NCBI GenBank assembly: GCA_964016885.1
Contig: OZ024764.1
Span: 14,570,001 to 14,634,000 of the forward strand
Reading direction: 5' to 3'
DNA from: Eledone cirrhosa
Lineage: Eukaryota
Length of the DNA: 64,000 bases
Part shown: positions 1 through 12,717 of the stretch, piece after piece
How the letters are laid out: each line of letters begins with the position of its first letter
How positions within the stretch are numbered: the stretch's first letter is position 1
Translations under genes and position numbers: made by a program
The notes under the pieces: generated by a model
Told to the model about the DNA's origin: nothing
The model's database searches: none
The model's input: the letters and a program-made list of their open reading frames with translations, nothing else

Positions 1-252
1 TCTCGGGAATTTTACCCGCCTTAGATAGATATTACATGTTGACTCCCCCCTCCTCCCACCACCACCACCTTCCTCCCTCCTTTGCTGTGTTTTATTTGTT
101 GATGTTGTTGTTTTTTTCATGACACCCCTACCCTCCAACCCCCACATAAATGTGACGTCATATCTCCTTCAAGGCATTAATCATATTTTTTCCTTCTCTC
201 TCTCTCTCCCCCCTCTCTTTCTCTCTCCCTCTCGCTCTCTGTTTTCTCTCTT

Positions 253-341
<89 letters not shown>

Positions 342-371
342 TGCTCTCTCTCTCTCTGTCTTTCTCTCTTG

Positions 372-411
<40 letters not shown>

Positions 412-421
412 TGCTCTATCC

Positions 422-464
<43 letters not shown>

Positions 465-830
465 ACTGCCACCACTGTCATGTCATCATGTCATCTCTCT
501 CTCTCTCTCTTTCTCCCTCCTGCTCATTGCTTTTCAAAATCCTGTGAACCACCACCACCACCACCACCACCACCACCACCACCACCAACTACTACCACAA
601 CAACAACCACCACCACCACCACCACCACCACCACCACCGTCGACATCACAATGTTCGACTCCGGGGTAAGGAAAAAAAAAAAAAGAAACGGTTACTACAG
701 AATGAACTATCTCTTGGTGTTGTGGTCAACGTTGTTTTGGTTCGGTCAGCATGGGTCTGGAGAATGTTGTTGTTGTTGTTGATGTAGTAGTAGTAATAAT
801 AGTTGTTGTTGTTGTTATTTATTCTAAACA

Positions 831-2618
831 TTAACCCTTTAGCGTTTAAACCGGCTAAATCCGGCCAGAAACTCTCACCTCTTTCTGTTCAAGCTGGCTG
901 TAACTGGCCACTCATACTGAGGTTTAGGTATTGTTCTCAAAATAGATATCATAATCTCATAGGTTCGGTATTATGTGAGGTAAAGCCTTTACCGTGAAAA
1001 TACAATAGTATATATAGAGTAATGTAAATGTTATGTGGGATATTATGTGAGGTAAAGCCTTTACCGTGAAAATACAATAGTATATATAGAGTAATGTAAA
1101 TGTTATGTGGGATATTATGTGAGGTAAAGCCTTTACCGTGAAAATACAATAGTATATATAGAGTAATGTAAATGTTATGTGGGATATTATGTGAGGTAAA
1201 GCCTTTACTGTGAAAATACAATAGTATATATAGAGTAATGTAAATGTTATGTGGGATATTATGTGAGGTAAAGCCTTTACTGTGACAATACAATAGTATA
1301 TATAGAGTAATGTAAATGTTATGTGGGATATTATGTAAGGTAAAGCCTTTACCGTGAAAATACAATAGTATATATAGAGTAATGTAAATGTTATGTGAGG
1401 TATTATGTGAGGTAAAGCCTTTACTGTGACAATACAATAGTATATATAGAGTAATGTAAATGTTATGTGGGATATTATGTGAGGTAAAGCCTTTACTGTG
1501 ACAATACAATAGTATATATAGAGTAATGTAGATGTTATGTGAGATATTATGTGAGGTAAAGCCTTTACTGTGAAAATACAATAGTATATATAGAGTAATG
1601 TAAATGTTATGCGAGATATTATGTGAGGTAAAGCCTTTACCGTGAAAATACAATAGTATATATAGAGTAATATAGATGTTATGTGAGATATTATGTGAGG
1701 TAAAGCCTTTACTGTGAAAATACAATAGTATATATAGAGTAATGTAAATGTTATGTGAGATATTATGTGAGGTAAAGCCTTTACTGTGAAAATACAATAG
1801 TATATATAGAGTAATGTAAATGTTATGTGAGATATTATGTGAGGTAAAGCCTTTACTGTGACAATACAATAGTATATATAGAGTAATGTAAATGTTATGT
1901 GAGATATTATGTGAGGTAAAGCCTTTACTGTGAAAATACAATAGTATATATAGAGTAATGTAAATGTTATGTGAGATATTATGTGAGGTAAAGCCTTTAC
2001 CGTGAAAATACAATAGTATATATAGAGTAATATAGATGTTATGTGAGATATTATGTGAGGTAAAGCCTTTACTGTGAAAATACAATAGTATATATAGAGT
2101 AATGTAAATGTTATGTGAGATATTATGTGAGGTAAAGCCTTTACTGTGACAATACAATAGTATATATAGAGTAATGTAAATGTTATGTGAGATATTATGT
2201 GAGGTAAAGCCTTTACTGTGAAAATACAATAGTATATATAGAGTAATGTAAATGTTATGTGAGATATTATGTGAGGTAAAGCCTTTACCGTGAAAATACA
2301 ATAGTATATATAGAGTAATATAGATGTTATGTGAGATATTATGTGAGGTAAAGCCTTTACTGTGAAAATACAATAGTATATATAGAGTAATGTAAATGTT
2401 ATGTGAGATATTATGTGAGGTAAAGCCTTTACTGTGACAATACAATAGTATATATAGAGTAATGTAAATGTTATGTGAGATATTATGTAAGGTAAAGCCT
2501 TTACTGTGAAAATATAATAGTATATATAGAGTAATGTAAATGTTATGTGAGATATTATGTGAGGTAAAGCCTCTACTGTGAAAATATAATAGTATATATA
2601 GAGATGCTAAAGGGTTAA
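831..2618. mobile_element. piggyBac-type MITE with internal 72-bp tandem array (~22 units)
   Basis: TTAA-CCCTTTAGC ... GCTAAAGGG-TTAA termini; 72-bp unit from ~970 to 2600. Confidence 0.85.
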
Positions 2619-2930
2619 ACAGTATCTTACCAGTGTATTTTTTCTTTGTTTTCTATATTATTAATATTGTTGTTATTGTTGTAATATGTTTGAAACAATT
2701 GCTGATGTCATAGTTATTATTATTATTGTTGTTGTTATTGTTGTTATCTAATTTTAACACTCTTGCCAAGGATTTTGTTTTAGTTTTCAATATCATTGAC
2801 AGTAGAGCATTGGACACTATGCTTTGCAGCATAGCCCTTTACGTACTGAGTTAAAATCCTGCCGAGATTAGCTTTGCCTTTCATCCTTACGGGTCGATAA
2901 ATAAAGTACCAGTAACACCCTGGAGTTGAT

Positions 2931-3655
2931 TTAACCCTTTAGCATTTACATTACTCTATATTTACTATTGTATTTTCATGGTAAGGGCTTTACCTAATAT
3001 AATATCCCACATAATATCAAATCTATGAGATTTTGAAATAGTGTATTTTGGGAACAATACCTTAACCCTTTACCATTTACATTACTCTATATATACTATT
3101 GTATTTTCACAGTAAAGGCTTTACCTCACATAATATCTCACATAACATTTACATTACTCTATATATACTATTGTATTTTCACAGTAAAGGCTTTACCTCA
3201 CATAATATCTCACATAACATTTACATTACTCTATATATACTATTGTATTTTCACAGTAAAGGCTTTACCTCACATAATATCTCACATAACATTTACATTA
3301 CTCTATATATACTATTGTATTTTCACAGTAAAGGCTTTACCTCACATAATATCTCGCATAACATTTACATTACTCTATATATACTATTGTATTGTCACAG
3401 TAAAGGCTTTACCTCAATTAACATCGAATCTGAGATTTTGATATTATTTATTATGAGAACAATACCTTAACCTAAGCATGAGTGGCTAGTTACTGCCAGT
3501 TTGAATAGAAAGAGGTGAGAGAATTTTGACTGGTTATGGCCAGTTTAGATGCTAAAGGGTTACTGTTGGATAAACAGCTGGTTATGGCCGGTTTGAACAG
3601 AAAGAAGTGAGAGAATTCTGGCCAGATATGGCCAGTGTACATGCTAAAGGGTTAA
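2931..3655. mobile_element. Self-nested piggyBac-type MITE inserted in a SINE
   Basis: TTAA duplicated at 2931-34 and 3652-55, with SINE sequence continuing on both sides; a second MITE end at the internal TTAA near 3062; ~5 units of the 72-bp repeat. Confidence 0.85.
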
Positions 3656-3854
3656 TTGACTTTCTTTCTCCCTTAAAAGTCTTGGCATTGAGCCTAAATC
3701 AGAAACTGTTGTTGTTGTTCTGTAGTCTTGACATCAACAACATATTGCTTGGGTTTGTTTTTTAATCTTCGATGTTGTTGTTATTGTTGTTGTAATGTTT
3801 GTTTTGTATTGGTGTTGTTTTTTTGCAGTTTTTCATCTTTATGTGTAACCTTTG

Positions 3855-4335
3855 AAGGTGCATGACCTAGTGGTTAGGGCATTGGTCTTGTGATCATAAG
3901 GTCATGGGTTGGATTCCTGGGCCGGTGGAGCTTTGTACTTTATGCTACTTTATTTTATGTTTCTCTTTCTACCAGGTGTTGTGACTGACAGATAGTATCA
4001 GTAATGGAAAGACCAATGGAAACATTGTTTCCTTGGTCTGATCTGATGATCAGCTTCTTTCTTCTACCAGGTGTTGTGACTGACAGATAGTATCAGTAAT
4101 GGAAAGACCAATGGAGACATTGTTTCCTTGGTCTGATCTGATGATCAGCTCCTTTCTTCTGCCAGGTGTTGTGACTGACAGATAGTATCAGTAATGGAAA
4201 GACCAATGGAGACATTGTTTCCTTGGTCTGATCTGATGATCAGCTCCTTTCTTCTGCCAGGAGTTGTAACTGACAGATAGTATCAGAAATGGAAAGACCA
4301 ATGGAAACATTGATTCCTTGGTCTGATCTGATCAG
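3855..4335 (+). mobile_element. Decayed tRNA-derived SINE with 95-bp internal tandem (~4x)
   Basis: A-box-like acctagtggttagg and a B-box-like segment; 95-bp unit shared with 10815-11370. Confidence 0.7.
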
Positions 4336-4506
4336 TTGTCATTGTGTTTTATTGCATGTACTTCTACCACTTGAAAATGCTTCCTGTGTGTAATAATGTT
4401 GCGTTATCTGTAAATGTCATCGCATTTGATACCTCTCTTTGTGTGTAATGTATTTTATGTCATTTACTGTTTCCTCTGTGGAAATACTTGTTTTATGTGT
4501 GTTTTG

Positions 4507-4542
<36 letters not shown>

Positions 4543-4709
4543 CTTCTCAAGGGCATAAAAAACTAAAGAGTGTTCCTTACGTGACCCAGAAGGTGTTTTA
4601 AAGATAACTTCACTAAAGAATGTTCCTTACCTGACCCAGAAGGGGTTTTAAAGATAAATTCACATCACAGTTCATTCTTCGTAAAGCACATTTATTGTTT
4701 TTGCAGTAG

Positions 4710-4772
<63 letters not shown>

Positions 4773-4776
<4 letters not shown>

Positions 4777-5250
4777 GATAAATCTACCAAAAGTTTACGG
4801 TAGTGTCCAATCCGTATGAAGAACTCAATGTAATCCGGATATCATGGAAAGAAGAGATGCATTCAAAAATCACTTTCGGTGAAAGATAAACGGAATACAG
4901 AGTCAAGATAAAATATTTAAAAAATAATGGAATAAAACAATGAAACAGTTCCTTATATTAAACAAAAAAAGTTCATTATTTAACGATCGTTTCTAGGACA
5001 TATATGTGTTAGAATTGGCATGCATATTCAAAAGATCTATGTACAAAATTATACAAACTATCAAAGACAATATACATACCTTCACATATATATGCTGTCT
5101 TCAAAAATAATTTGTATAATTTTGTACATAGATCTTTTGAATATGCATGCCAATTCTAACACATATATGTCCTAGAAACGATCGTTAAATAATGAACTTT
5201 TTTTGTTTAATATAAGGAACTGTTTCATTGTTTTATTCATTATTTTTTTA

Positions 5251-5260
<10 letters not shown>
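4773..5260. mobile_element. TA-flanked foldback fragment, probably Penelope-like
   Basis: Arms of ~150 bp (4908-5057 vs 5110-5260) are inverted; 4773-4965 recurs almost identically at 25317-25508. Confidence 0.55.
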
Positions 5261-5281
<21 letters not shown>

Positions 5282-5548
5282 CCATATGTAGTTGTCGGAC
5301 AAGAGAAATGCATGCCAACCAAGTATGTTTTCAGTTGATACTCAGTTTTTCCATGATGGTAATATTATTAATTGTAGCAGATTTAGTTCCTTCACTTCAA
5401 TCTTCAACCTTTTTGAAAACGATCAAAAGATATATATGCTTCCATCCCCATGAAAATATCCTCCACACCACAAAGTCCCATTTGACAAAACACCCCACCC
5501 CCACATGGGGACCAAATACTCAATGTGTTCTTGCTGTTGTTTCATCAG

Positions 5549-5666
5549 ATACAGCGCTCAGTTGAAGGAGATTGAATTGGAGAAGAAGGCCCTCATCAAC
5601 CAAGTAGAGTCAAAATCAGGGGCCCTACAAGAGAAAGAGTCTGCATTTTCCGGTCAATCTGATCAG
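5549..5666 (+). CDS. CLIP1: CLIP-170/CLIP-190 family coding exon (coiled coil); first exon visible in the window
   Basis: Acceptor ttcatcag and donor CAG|gtat. Reads (R)YSAQLKEIELEKKALINQVESKSGALQEKESAFSGQSDQ and ends in phase 0, matching the exon at 6842. Confidence 0.75.
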
Positions 5667-6841
5667 GTATGTATCCCCTTTCGTATGTGTAAGACCCCTT
5701 TAATTGTCTATGGTCCCCTTCATTAATGTAACACCTCCTTTTGTTTATGTAAGACCTTTCTTCTGAGTAAACTTCCTTCATTTATGTCAGCTCCCTTGTT
5801 TGTGTAAGACCTCACCATTTATGAAAAATCTCCTTAATTTGTGTAAAGGCCCTTCAGTTGTGTAATACCTCTTCTTTAAGCTCCTTCCATTTGTGCAAGC
5901 TCCCTTCGTTTATGTAAGTTCCATTTTGTGTAAGCTCTCTTCGATGTGTAAGACCTCTTCATTTGTATAAGCTCCCTTTATTTGTATAAGCTACCGTCAT
6001 TTGTATAAGCTCCCGTCATTTGTATAAGTTGCCTTCGTTTTTATAAGTTCCCTTCGTTTATATAAGCTCACTTTGTTTGTATAAGTTCCCAAAATTTGTA
6101 TAAGCTCCCTTTGTTTGTATAAGCTCCCTTCGTTTATATAAGCTCCCTTCATTTGTATATGATATCTAATGTTGAAAGAGATAGAAGGCTAAACAATGCA
6201 AAATGGACTGTAAGATGAGGTAACGAAAAGTAAAAGTTACCTGGTAATCTTTTTGTTTTTTGTTGTTCTTCTTCTTTCTGTCCAATATTTCGGGACCTAA
6301 AAGTACTTTCTTCAGGGTTTAAGGAACTTTCAGTGGATAATATTCCAATTTCCTCTCTTGGGATTAAATTTTGATTTTGATTTTGATTTAAATTTTTCTA
6401 AGTCGTTTTCAAGTGGTTTTTTTTTATTGTTATTTCACTTTTCTCGAGAATGATATCATCATCATCATCATCATCATCACCGTTTTACGTCCGTTCTTCC
6501 ACGCTAGCATGGGTTAGACGGGTTGTCCTGTTGTGGGCAGTAGCCGGTTGGCTGACCATGCCTTGCTCATATGGGAACTGATTCTAGCTTGATTTCTACA
6601 GCTGGATGCCCTTCCTAACACCAACCTCATTTACAGTGAGTACTGGGTGCTTTTTTGCAGTGGGAGGTTGTGAGGGCATAATGTCTATATGCTTCAGCTT
6701 CGGCTTGTACCCGTGGGGGTGGTCGGGTGTTTGCCAATATAGTATTTCACAAAATCAATTTTCTTTTTTGTACGAGATGTTTAGTTTGTGTGCGTGTAGG
6801 TGTGTACTGAGTTCTAATCTATTGTTTATTTGTTATTACAG

Positions 6842-7730
6842 GTGAAGGAACTACAGAAAGAAAACAGCCGATTAAAAGAAAGTTCAGAATCTCTGAGTAC
6901 AGAAAACCAACAAATGTTGGAGACGGTGAAGGCCTTAGAGGAACAAATGGCTGAGAAGAGTGCTACACCAGCCCTTGAAAACCAGCAACTGTTGGAGAAG
7001 GTGAAGGCCTTAGAGGAACAAATGGCTGAGAAGAGTGCTACACCAGCCCTTGAAAACCAGCAACTGTTGGAGAAGGTGAAGACTTTAGAGGAACAATTGG
7101 CCGAGAAGAGTGCTACACCAGCCCTTGAAAACCAGCAACTGTTGGAGAAGGTGAAGACTTTAGAGGAACAATTGGCCGAGAAGAGTGCTACACCAGCCCT
7201 TGAAAACCAGCAACTGTTGGAGAAGGTGAAGACTTTAGAGGAACAATTGGCCGAGAAGAGTGCTACACCAGCCCTTGAAAACCAGCAACTGTTGGAGAAG
7301 GTGAAGACTTTAGAGGAACAATTGGCCGAGAAGAGTGCTACACCAGCCCTTGAAAACCAGCAACTGTTGGAGAAGGTGAAGACTTTAGAGGAACAAGTGG
7401 CTGAGAAGAGTGCTACACCAGCCCTTGAAAACCAGCAGTTATTAGAGAAGGTGAAGACGTTAGAGGAAGAATTAACACAAAAGAGTGCTACATCGGCCCT
7501 GGAAAACCAGCAGTTATCAGAGAAGGTGAAGGGCTTAGAGGAAGAATTAACACAAAAGAGTGCTGCATCGGCCCTGGAAAACCAGCAGTTATCAGAGAAG
7601 GTGAAGGGCTTAGAGGAACAATTGGTGCAGAAGAGTGCAGCCCCAGTCCTGGGGGCACAATTTGCAGAGAAGACTGCTACACCGGCCAATCATTCCTTAG
7701 CTAATGGAGATGCCAGTGTTTCTATCGAAG
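6842..7730 (+). CDS. CLIP1: CLIP1-family coding exon, coiled coil with 10 x 25-aa repeat
   Basis: Acceptor ttattacag and donor GAAG|gtaatt. 889 nt open, VKELQKENSRLKESSESL...DASVSIE; starts in phase 0 and ends in phase 1. Confidence 0.85.
6902..7651 (+). repeat. Coding minisatellite, 75 bp x 10 (ENQQLLEKVKTLEEQLAEKSATPAL)
   Basis: Period of 75 nt read directly (gactttagag at 7081 and 7156); central copies are identical. Confidence 0.95.
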
Positions 7731-8015
7731 GTAATTATGTCTTTCTTTACACAACCTTCAGCTCCTCCTACCTGCAGTTTTACCTGTCATTCATCATCAT
7801 CATCATCATTATCGTGACCCCTAACCCTTTTCAGGGTCATTGGGTTGGGTCACTGCAAGTGCCCAACGCTGCACCAACTATGGTTAACCCTGTATCAAAC
7901 TAGGACTCCGCCCCTTTAAACCTTACTGTAAACTCTATCTCTCTCTCCCTTTCTATCTCTCTCTCTCTCTATATATATATATCTCCACCACTCCCCTACA
8001 CACCTTTTGAACTCT

Positions 8016-8048
8016 TACCTGAAGAAGGGCTTATGCCCGAAACGTCGT
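8016..8048 (+). ncRNA. Penelope-type minimal hammerhead-like motif
   Basis: CTGAAGA-aGGGCttatGCCC-GAAACGTC; stems I and III are nearly absent; TA-flanked with a downstream AATAAA. Confidence 0.5.
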
Positions 8049-8269
8049 CCTCCACCTACCCCCCACTCTCCTGAGCGTGAATCTAATAAACATTTGTCGT
8101 ACTGCCTCTCTGTTCTGTCCCTGTTCAATTTTTTATTATATATATATATATATATATATATGGGACGAGCTGATAAATTCCGACCTCACAAGCTTACACC
8201 TCTCCAAGACAATGTCACTGGACCGAGACCTTTGGCGGTACTCAGTAATAGAGAAGACCCGCCTTACCT

Positions 8270-9000
8270 AAATACAAAGTAAAAACCTACTACAGTCAGT
8301 AGGCATCTCTATCAAAACACACCCCCGTCCCACCACCTCCACCCCATCCACACCGCCCCTTTCAATGTAAAGTTATGTTGGTCCCACAACATCCAGGCCG
8401 AAACAAATGAGATTGTGTAGGGGTCACGACAAAAAAACACACAGTCCACGCTGTAAATGTGGCCGTGTAGGCAACACGGTAAAAACCTCCCAGCCCCACA
8501 CTGTAAATGTGGTTGGTGTTTGGAAGGGCATCCAGCTGTAGAAAACCCGCCAGACAGTCCACGCTGTAATGTGGCCGTGTAGGCAACACGGTAAAAACCT
8601 CCCAGCCCCACACTGTAAATGTGGTTGGTGTTTGGAAGGGCATCCAGCTGTAGAAAACCCGCCAGACAGTCCACGCTGTAAATGTGGCCGTGTAGGCAAC
8701 ACGGTAAAAACCTCCCAGCCCCACACTGTAAATCTGGTTGGTGTTAGGAAGGGCACCCAGCTGTAGAAAACCCGCCAGACAGTCCACGCTGTAATGTGGC
8801 CGTGTAGGCAACACGGTAAAAACCTCCCAGCCCCACACTGTAAATGTGGTTGGTGTTAGGAAGGGCATCCAGCTGTAGAAAACCTGCCAGACAGTCCTAT
8901 GCGAGCAAGACAACCACTCTTGCCTCAAGTGGGAAAACCCCCGTCCAAACCCATGCAAGCGTGGAACACGGACGCTAAACCTGATGATGATGATGATGAT
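8270..9000 (+). mobile_element. SINE/retroposon with (GAT)n tail and ~122-bp internal tandem
   Basis: gttggtgttaggaagggcatccagctgtagaaa motif and tail ccatgcaagcgtggaa..ggacg..(gat)n; reverse-oriented copy at 13292-13972. Confidence 0.75.
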
Positions 9001-9148
9001 ATACTTTGGGAGGGTCATGTTGCCAATAAGAAACACACGCGTGTGCATGTGTTTCTTATTGGCAACATGACCCTCCCAAAGTATAACAATATCGGTTTCA
9101 ACACACGTTTTCAGATAAAGAATCTTGCTAAACAAATTCTGAAACGAA

Positions 9149-9183
<35 letters not shown>

Positions 9184-9269
9184 ATCTCTCTCTCTCTCTA
9201 CCTCTCTCTCTCTCTATATATATATATAATCTCTCTCCCTCTCTCTCTATATATATATAATCTCTCTCC

Positions 9270-9306
<37 letters not shown>

Positions 9307-9445
9307 ATCTCTCTCTCCCTCTCTATCTCTCTCCCTCTCTATCTCTCTCTCTCTATATATATATATATATAATCGCTCTCTCTCCCTCTCTATCTCTAAA
9401 TCTCTCTCTCCCTCTCTATCTCTCTCTCTATATATATATATATAT

Positions 9446-9522
<77 letters not shown>

Positions 9523-9863
9523 ATCTCTCTCTACCTCTCTATCTCTCTCTCTCTCTATATATATATATATAATCTCTCTCTCTCCCTCTCTATATATAAT
9601 CTCTCTCCCTCTCTCTCTCTCTATATATATATATAATCTCTCTCTCCCTCTCTATCTCTATCTCTCTCTATATATATATAATCTCTCTCTCCCTCTCTCT
9701 ATATATATATAATCTCTCTCTCCCTCTCTCTATATATATATAATCTCTCTCTCCCTCTCTCTCTCTCTATATATATAATCTCTCTCTCCCTCTCTCTCTC
9801 TCTATATATAATCTCTCTCTCCCTCTCTATATATAACCTCTCTCTCCCTCCCTCTCTCCACAG

Positions 9864-9913
9864 AAAATGCTGTTTTAGAGCTGAAGAAAGAAAAGGAGGA
9901 ACATATAATTGAA
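9864..9913 (+). CDS. CLIP1: CLIP1-family small coding exon
   Basis: Pyrimidine tract plus ccacag acceptor, donor GAA|gtaagt. Reads (E)NAVLELKKEKEEHIIE; phase 1 in and phase 0 out fit both neighbours. Confidence 0.85.
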
Positions 9914-10696
9914 GTAAGTTTTTCTGCTTCTTTAACTGTCTGTTACTGTACCTCTAGGTGGACTGTGCCATGTGTCACCTATGTATCTGTAGATGAACTG
10001 TGTTGGGTGTCATGAGGTGCTACCTGGTATCTCTGTACAGCTAGGTGGACTGGACTGGACTGGACTTTTGTCCTTCCTAGATAGACTGTAGCACTGTCAC
10101 ATCATAGCTCTATACTCCAAGATGAACTGTTTCATGTGGTACTGGTTGGTACCTCTATCCCAAGGTAGACAGTGTTATGTGGTACTAGATGTTACCACTG
10201 TACAGCTAGGTGGACTGTACTTTTGAAAGGCAAAGTTGCCCTAGATGAGATTTGAAGTCAGAGAGCAGAAAACCGGAACAAATACCGTAAAGCATTCTAT
10301 CTGACGTTCTGTCAATATATTATATATGTCATATAGAAATGACTCCTACAGGACTAGAACTGTTTCATCATCATCATCATAGTTTATATATCTGTTTTTT
10401 TCCATGCTCGCATGGGTTGGATGGGTCTTTTTCAGCACAGCATCTCTTCGCTCGCTGTGTTCCTTCTTCCTCTCTTCTATGAGTTTCAGCGATTTGAGAT
10501 CAGCTCTCACCATCTCCGCCTATCAAGAATGATTTCAAACAAATGAAACAGTTCTAGTCCTGTACAAGTCATTTCTATATTAAATAAGTATGTCTCTTAT
10601 CTTCTCTGTCAATATATTGAGTACTTTATTTAACTGGGGTTTTTTCCAATCCCCCTTTCAGAAAACCATTCTTGATTATATATTCATAACTTTAGT

Positions 10697-11410
10697 GAAG
10701 TCACATGGCTTAGTGGTTAGAGAATTGGATTCGCAATCATAAGGTTGCGAGTTCAATTCCCAGACCTGGTGATGCATTATGTCCTTGAGCAAGACACTTT
10801 ATTTCACATTGCTCTTTCTGCCAGGAGTTGTGACTGACAGATAGTATCAGTAATGGAAAGACCAATAGAAACATTGTTTCCTTGATCTGATCTGATGATC
10901 AGTTCCTTTCTTCTGCCAGGAGTTGTGACTGACAGATAGTATCAGTAATGGAAAGACCAATGGAAACATTGTTTCCTTGGTCTGATTTGATGATCAGTTC
11001 CTTTCTTCTGCCAGGTGTTGTGACTGACAGATAGTATCAGTAATGGAAAGACCAATAGAAACATTGTTTCCTTGGTCTGATCTGATGATCAGCTCCTTTC
11101 TTCTGCCAGGAGTTGTGACTGACAGATAGTATCAGTAATGGAAAGACCAATAGAAACATTGTTTCCTTGGTCTGATCTGATGATCAGCTCCTTTCTTCTG
11201 CCAGGTGTTGTGACTGACAGATAGTATCAGTAATAGAAAGACCAATAGAAACATCGTTTCCTTGATCTGATCTGATGGCCAGCTCCTTTCTTCTGCCAGG
11301 TGTTGTGACTGACAGATAGTATCAGTAATGGAAAGACCAATAGAAACATTGTTTCCTTGGTCTGATTTGACCACCTCCACTTGGTAAGCATATGTGGTCT
11401 GGGATTTTGT
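10697..11410 (+). mobile_element. tRNA-derived CORE-like SINE with 95-bp internal tandem (~6x)
   Basis: tggcttagtggttagag (A box), gagttcaattcc (B box), CORE-like tccttgagcaagacact, then the array. Confidence 0.8.
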
Positions 11411-11503
11411 CAATTGTTAAACAAAATTAAAAAATCATTTTTATTTGATGTGTTAAAGGCCTGAACATCACACCATCTTGTTTTAATTGTCTATTTTTCA
11501 CAG

Positions 11504-11622
11504 ATTGAGTTACTGAAGTCCGAGATTGTCTATCTTCACATGCAGAACGAGAATCTAAAGTCTCAGGTGAATGTTCTACTGAACGGGGATGGTAAAGATG
11601 ACAACATTAACGCTGATGCAAG
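11504..11622 (+). CDS. CLIP1: CLIP1-family coding exon (end of coiled coil)
   Basis: Acceptor tttttcacag, donor AG|gtaac. IELLKSEIVYLHMQNENLKSQVNVLLNG resembles the CLIP-170 segment IDFLNSVIVDLQRKN (from recall). Phase 0 in, phase 2 out. Confidence 0.88.
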
Positions 11623-11966
11623 GTAACACATTCTCGCATCATCTCATATAGCTACACACACACACACATACATGCACATATATATACACACGCATATATA
11701 TATATATACACATATATATCCTCACACATATATACTCATACATATACACATATATACACACAACATATATATATAAATATATACTTACACATAAAAATAT
11801 ATACATAATAAACAACAATATGAACGGGCTGGAGGTTCCTGTAAGGATCGTCTAGTTTCTTGAAACCTTTGGTAATGGAATAATTATATTGTGTTGTTTA
11901 TTATGTAATTAATATATTTATTTATCTAGAAATTACATGAATCAAAGTTCTGTTCAAACCATTTAT

Positions 11967-12015
11967 TAGCTTACAATTGTTTCGTCCAAACCGAGGTTTG
12001 GAGTCTTCAGAGCAA
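11967..12015 (-). ncRNA. Minimal type I hammerhead
   Basis: Minus strand GCT-CTGAAGA-cTCCAAACCtcGGTTTGGAc-GAAA-CAATTG-TA-AGC. Confidence 0.65.
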
Positions 12016-12367
12016 TTTTTCAATGATTGTTTACATACATGACCTCCTTTCCAACACAAGAGACATCCAGATACATATGTATATATCGAGGCACAGTGGG
12101 GTGACATCCATTATAATATTTTAGCATGGCAATTTACATTCAAAAATTAAAATCATATTAAAAGAAAATTAAAACATAATTAAAGTTAAAATGCAACATC
12201 GGCAGTTTACGAAGATAATGCAAGAGGATAGTTAGAAGTAGTTAGTGTATGCAATAGTTACACGTGGGGCATGCACGTGTGTCTTATTTATATAAGATTA
12301 TTGTGCGGCAAGGTGTTATATGCAATACAAGCACTTTAAGCACTTTAATACTATTTATTTATATATA

Positions 12368-12404
<37 letters not shown>

Positions 12405-12717
12405 ATAATAAATGTGAAGACTAAAATCCAGCGAGTGCTCGATAAGGATAAATATATATCAAATATATATATGTGTGTGTGTACACATATATATATACAC
12501 ACATAAATGTGTATATAACGCACACACACACATACCTACAGGTAAATACACATATGTTCACTAAACGTACGTCAACCAAAACACAAAGTACATATATACA
12601 CACCTTACATACGTGCAAACACGCATACACACATGCAAACACAAAATACACATATACACATGTAGCAGTGTGTGTATATATATTTATATTGTTGTACAGT
12701 TATTACAATATAGCTTA

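Noticed and set aside
541-665. Possible exon or alternative start (ATG TTC GAC TCC GGG|gtaagg)
   Set aside because: The donor looks good, but there is no clear acceptor, the upstream sequence is CAC microsatellite, and its phase 0 end does not fit the next exon at 5549.
949-2445. 498-aa ORF of YFHSKGFTSHNISHNIYITLYILL repeats (also at 3099, 18332, 22962, 58532)
   Set aside because: Translation of a 72-bp MITE-internal satellite; open only because the unit is a stop-free multiple of 3.
6282-6317. Minus-strand CTGAAGA...CCCGAAATATTGG hammerhead-like motif (similar partial motifs near 24691 and 44765)
   Set aside because: Stem II pairing is broken or the core is incomplete; at best decayed PLE remnants.
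6826-7689. Antisense 287-aa ORF over the repeat exon
   Set aside because: Shadow of the 75-bp coding repeat; the + frame has splice sites and a coherent coiled-coil product.
10700-10770. tRNA genes at SINE heads (also 27098, 56270)
   Set aside because: A and B boxes are present, but they continue into SINE bodies and lack a full cloverleaf.
10815-11370. Hammerhead in the 95-bp SINE tandem (CTGATGA ... GAAA-GACCAA/TTGGTC-T)
   Set aside because: The position after the stem III U is G, which violates the NUH rule, and there is no credible stem I or II; CTGATGA arises at the repeat junction.
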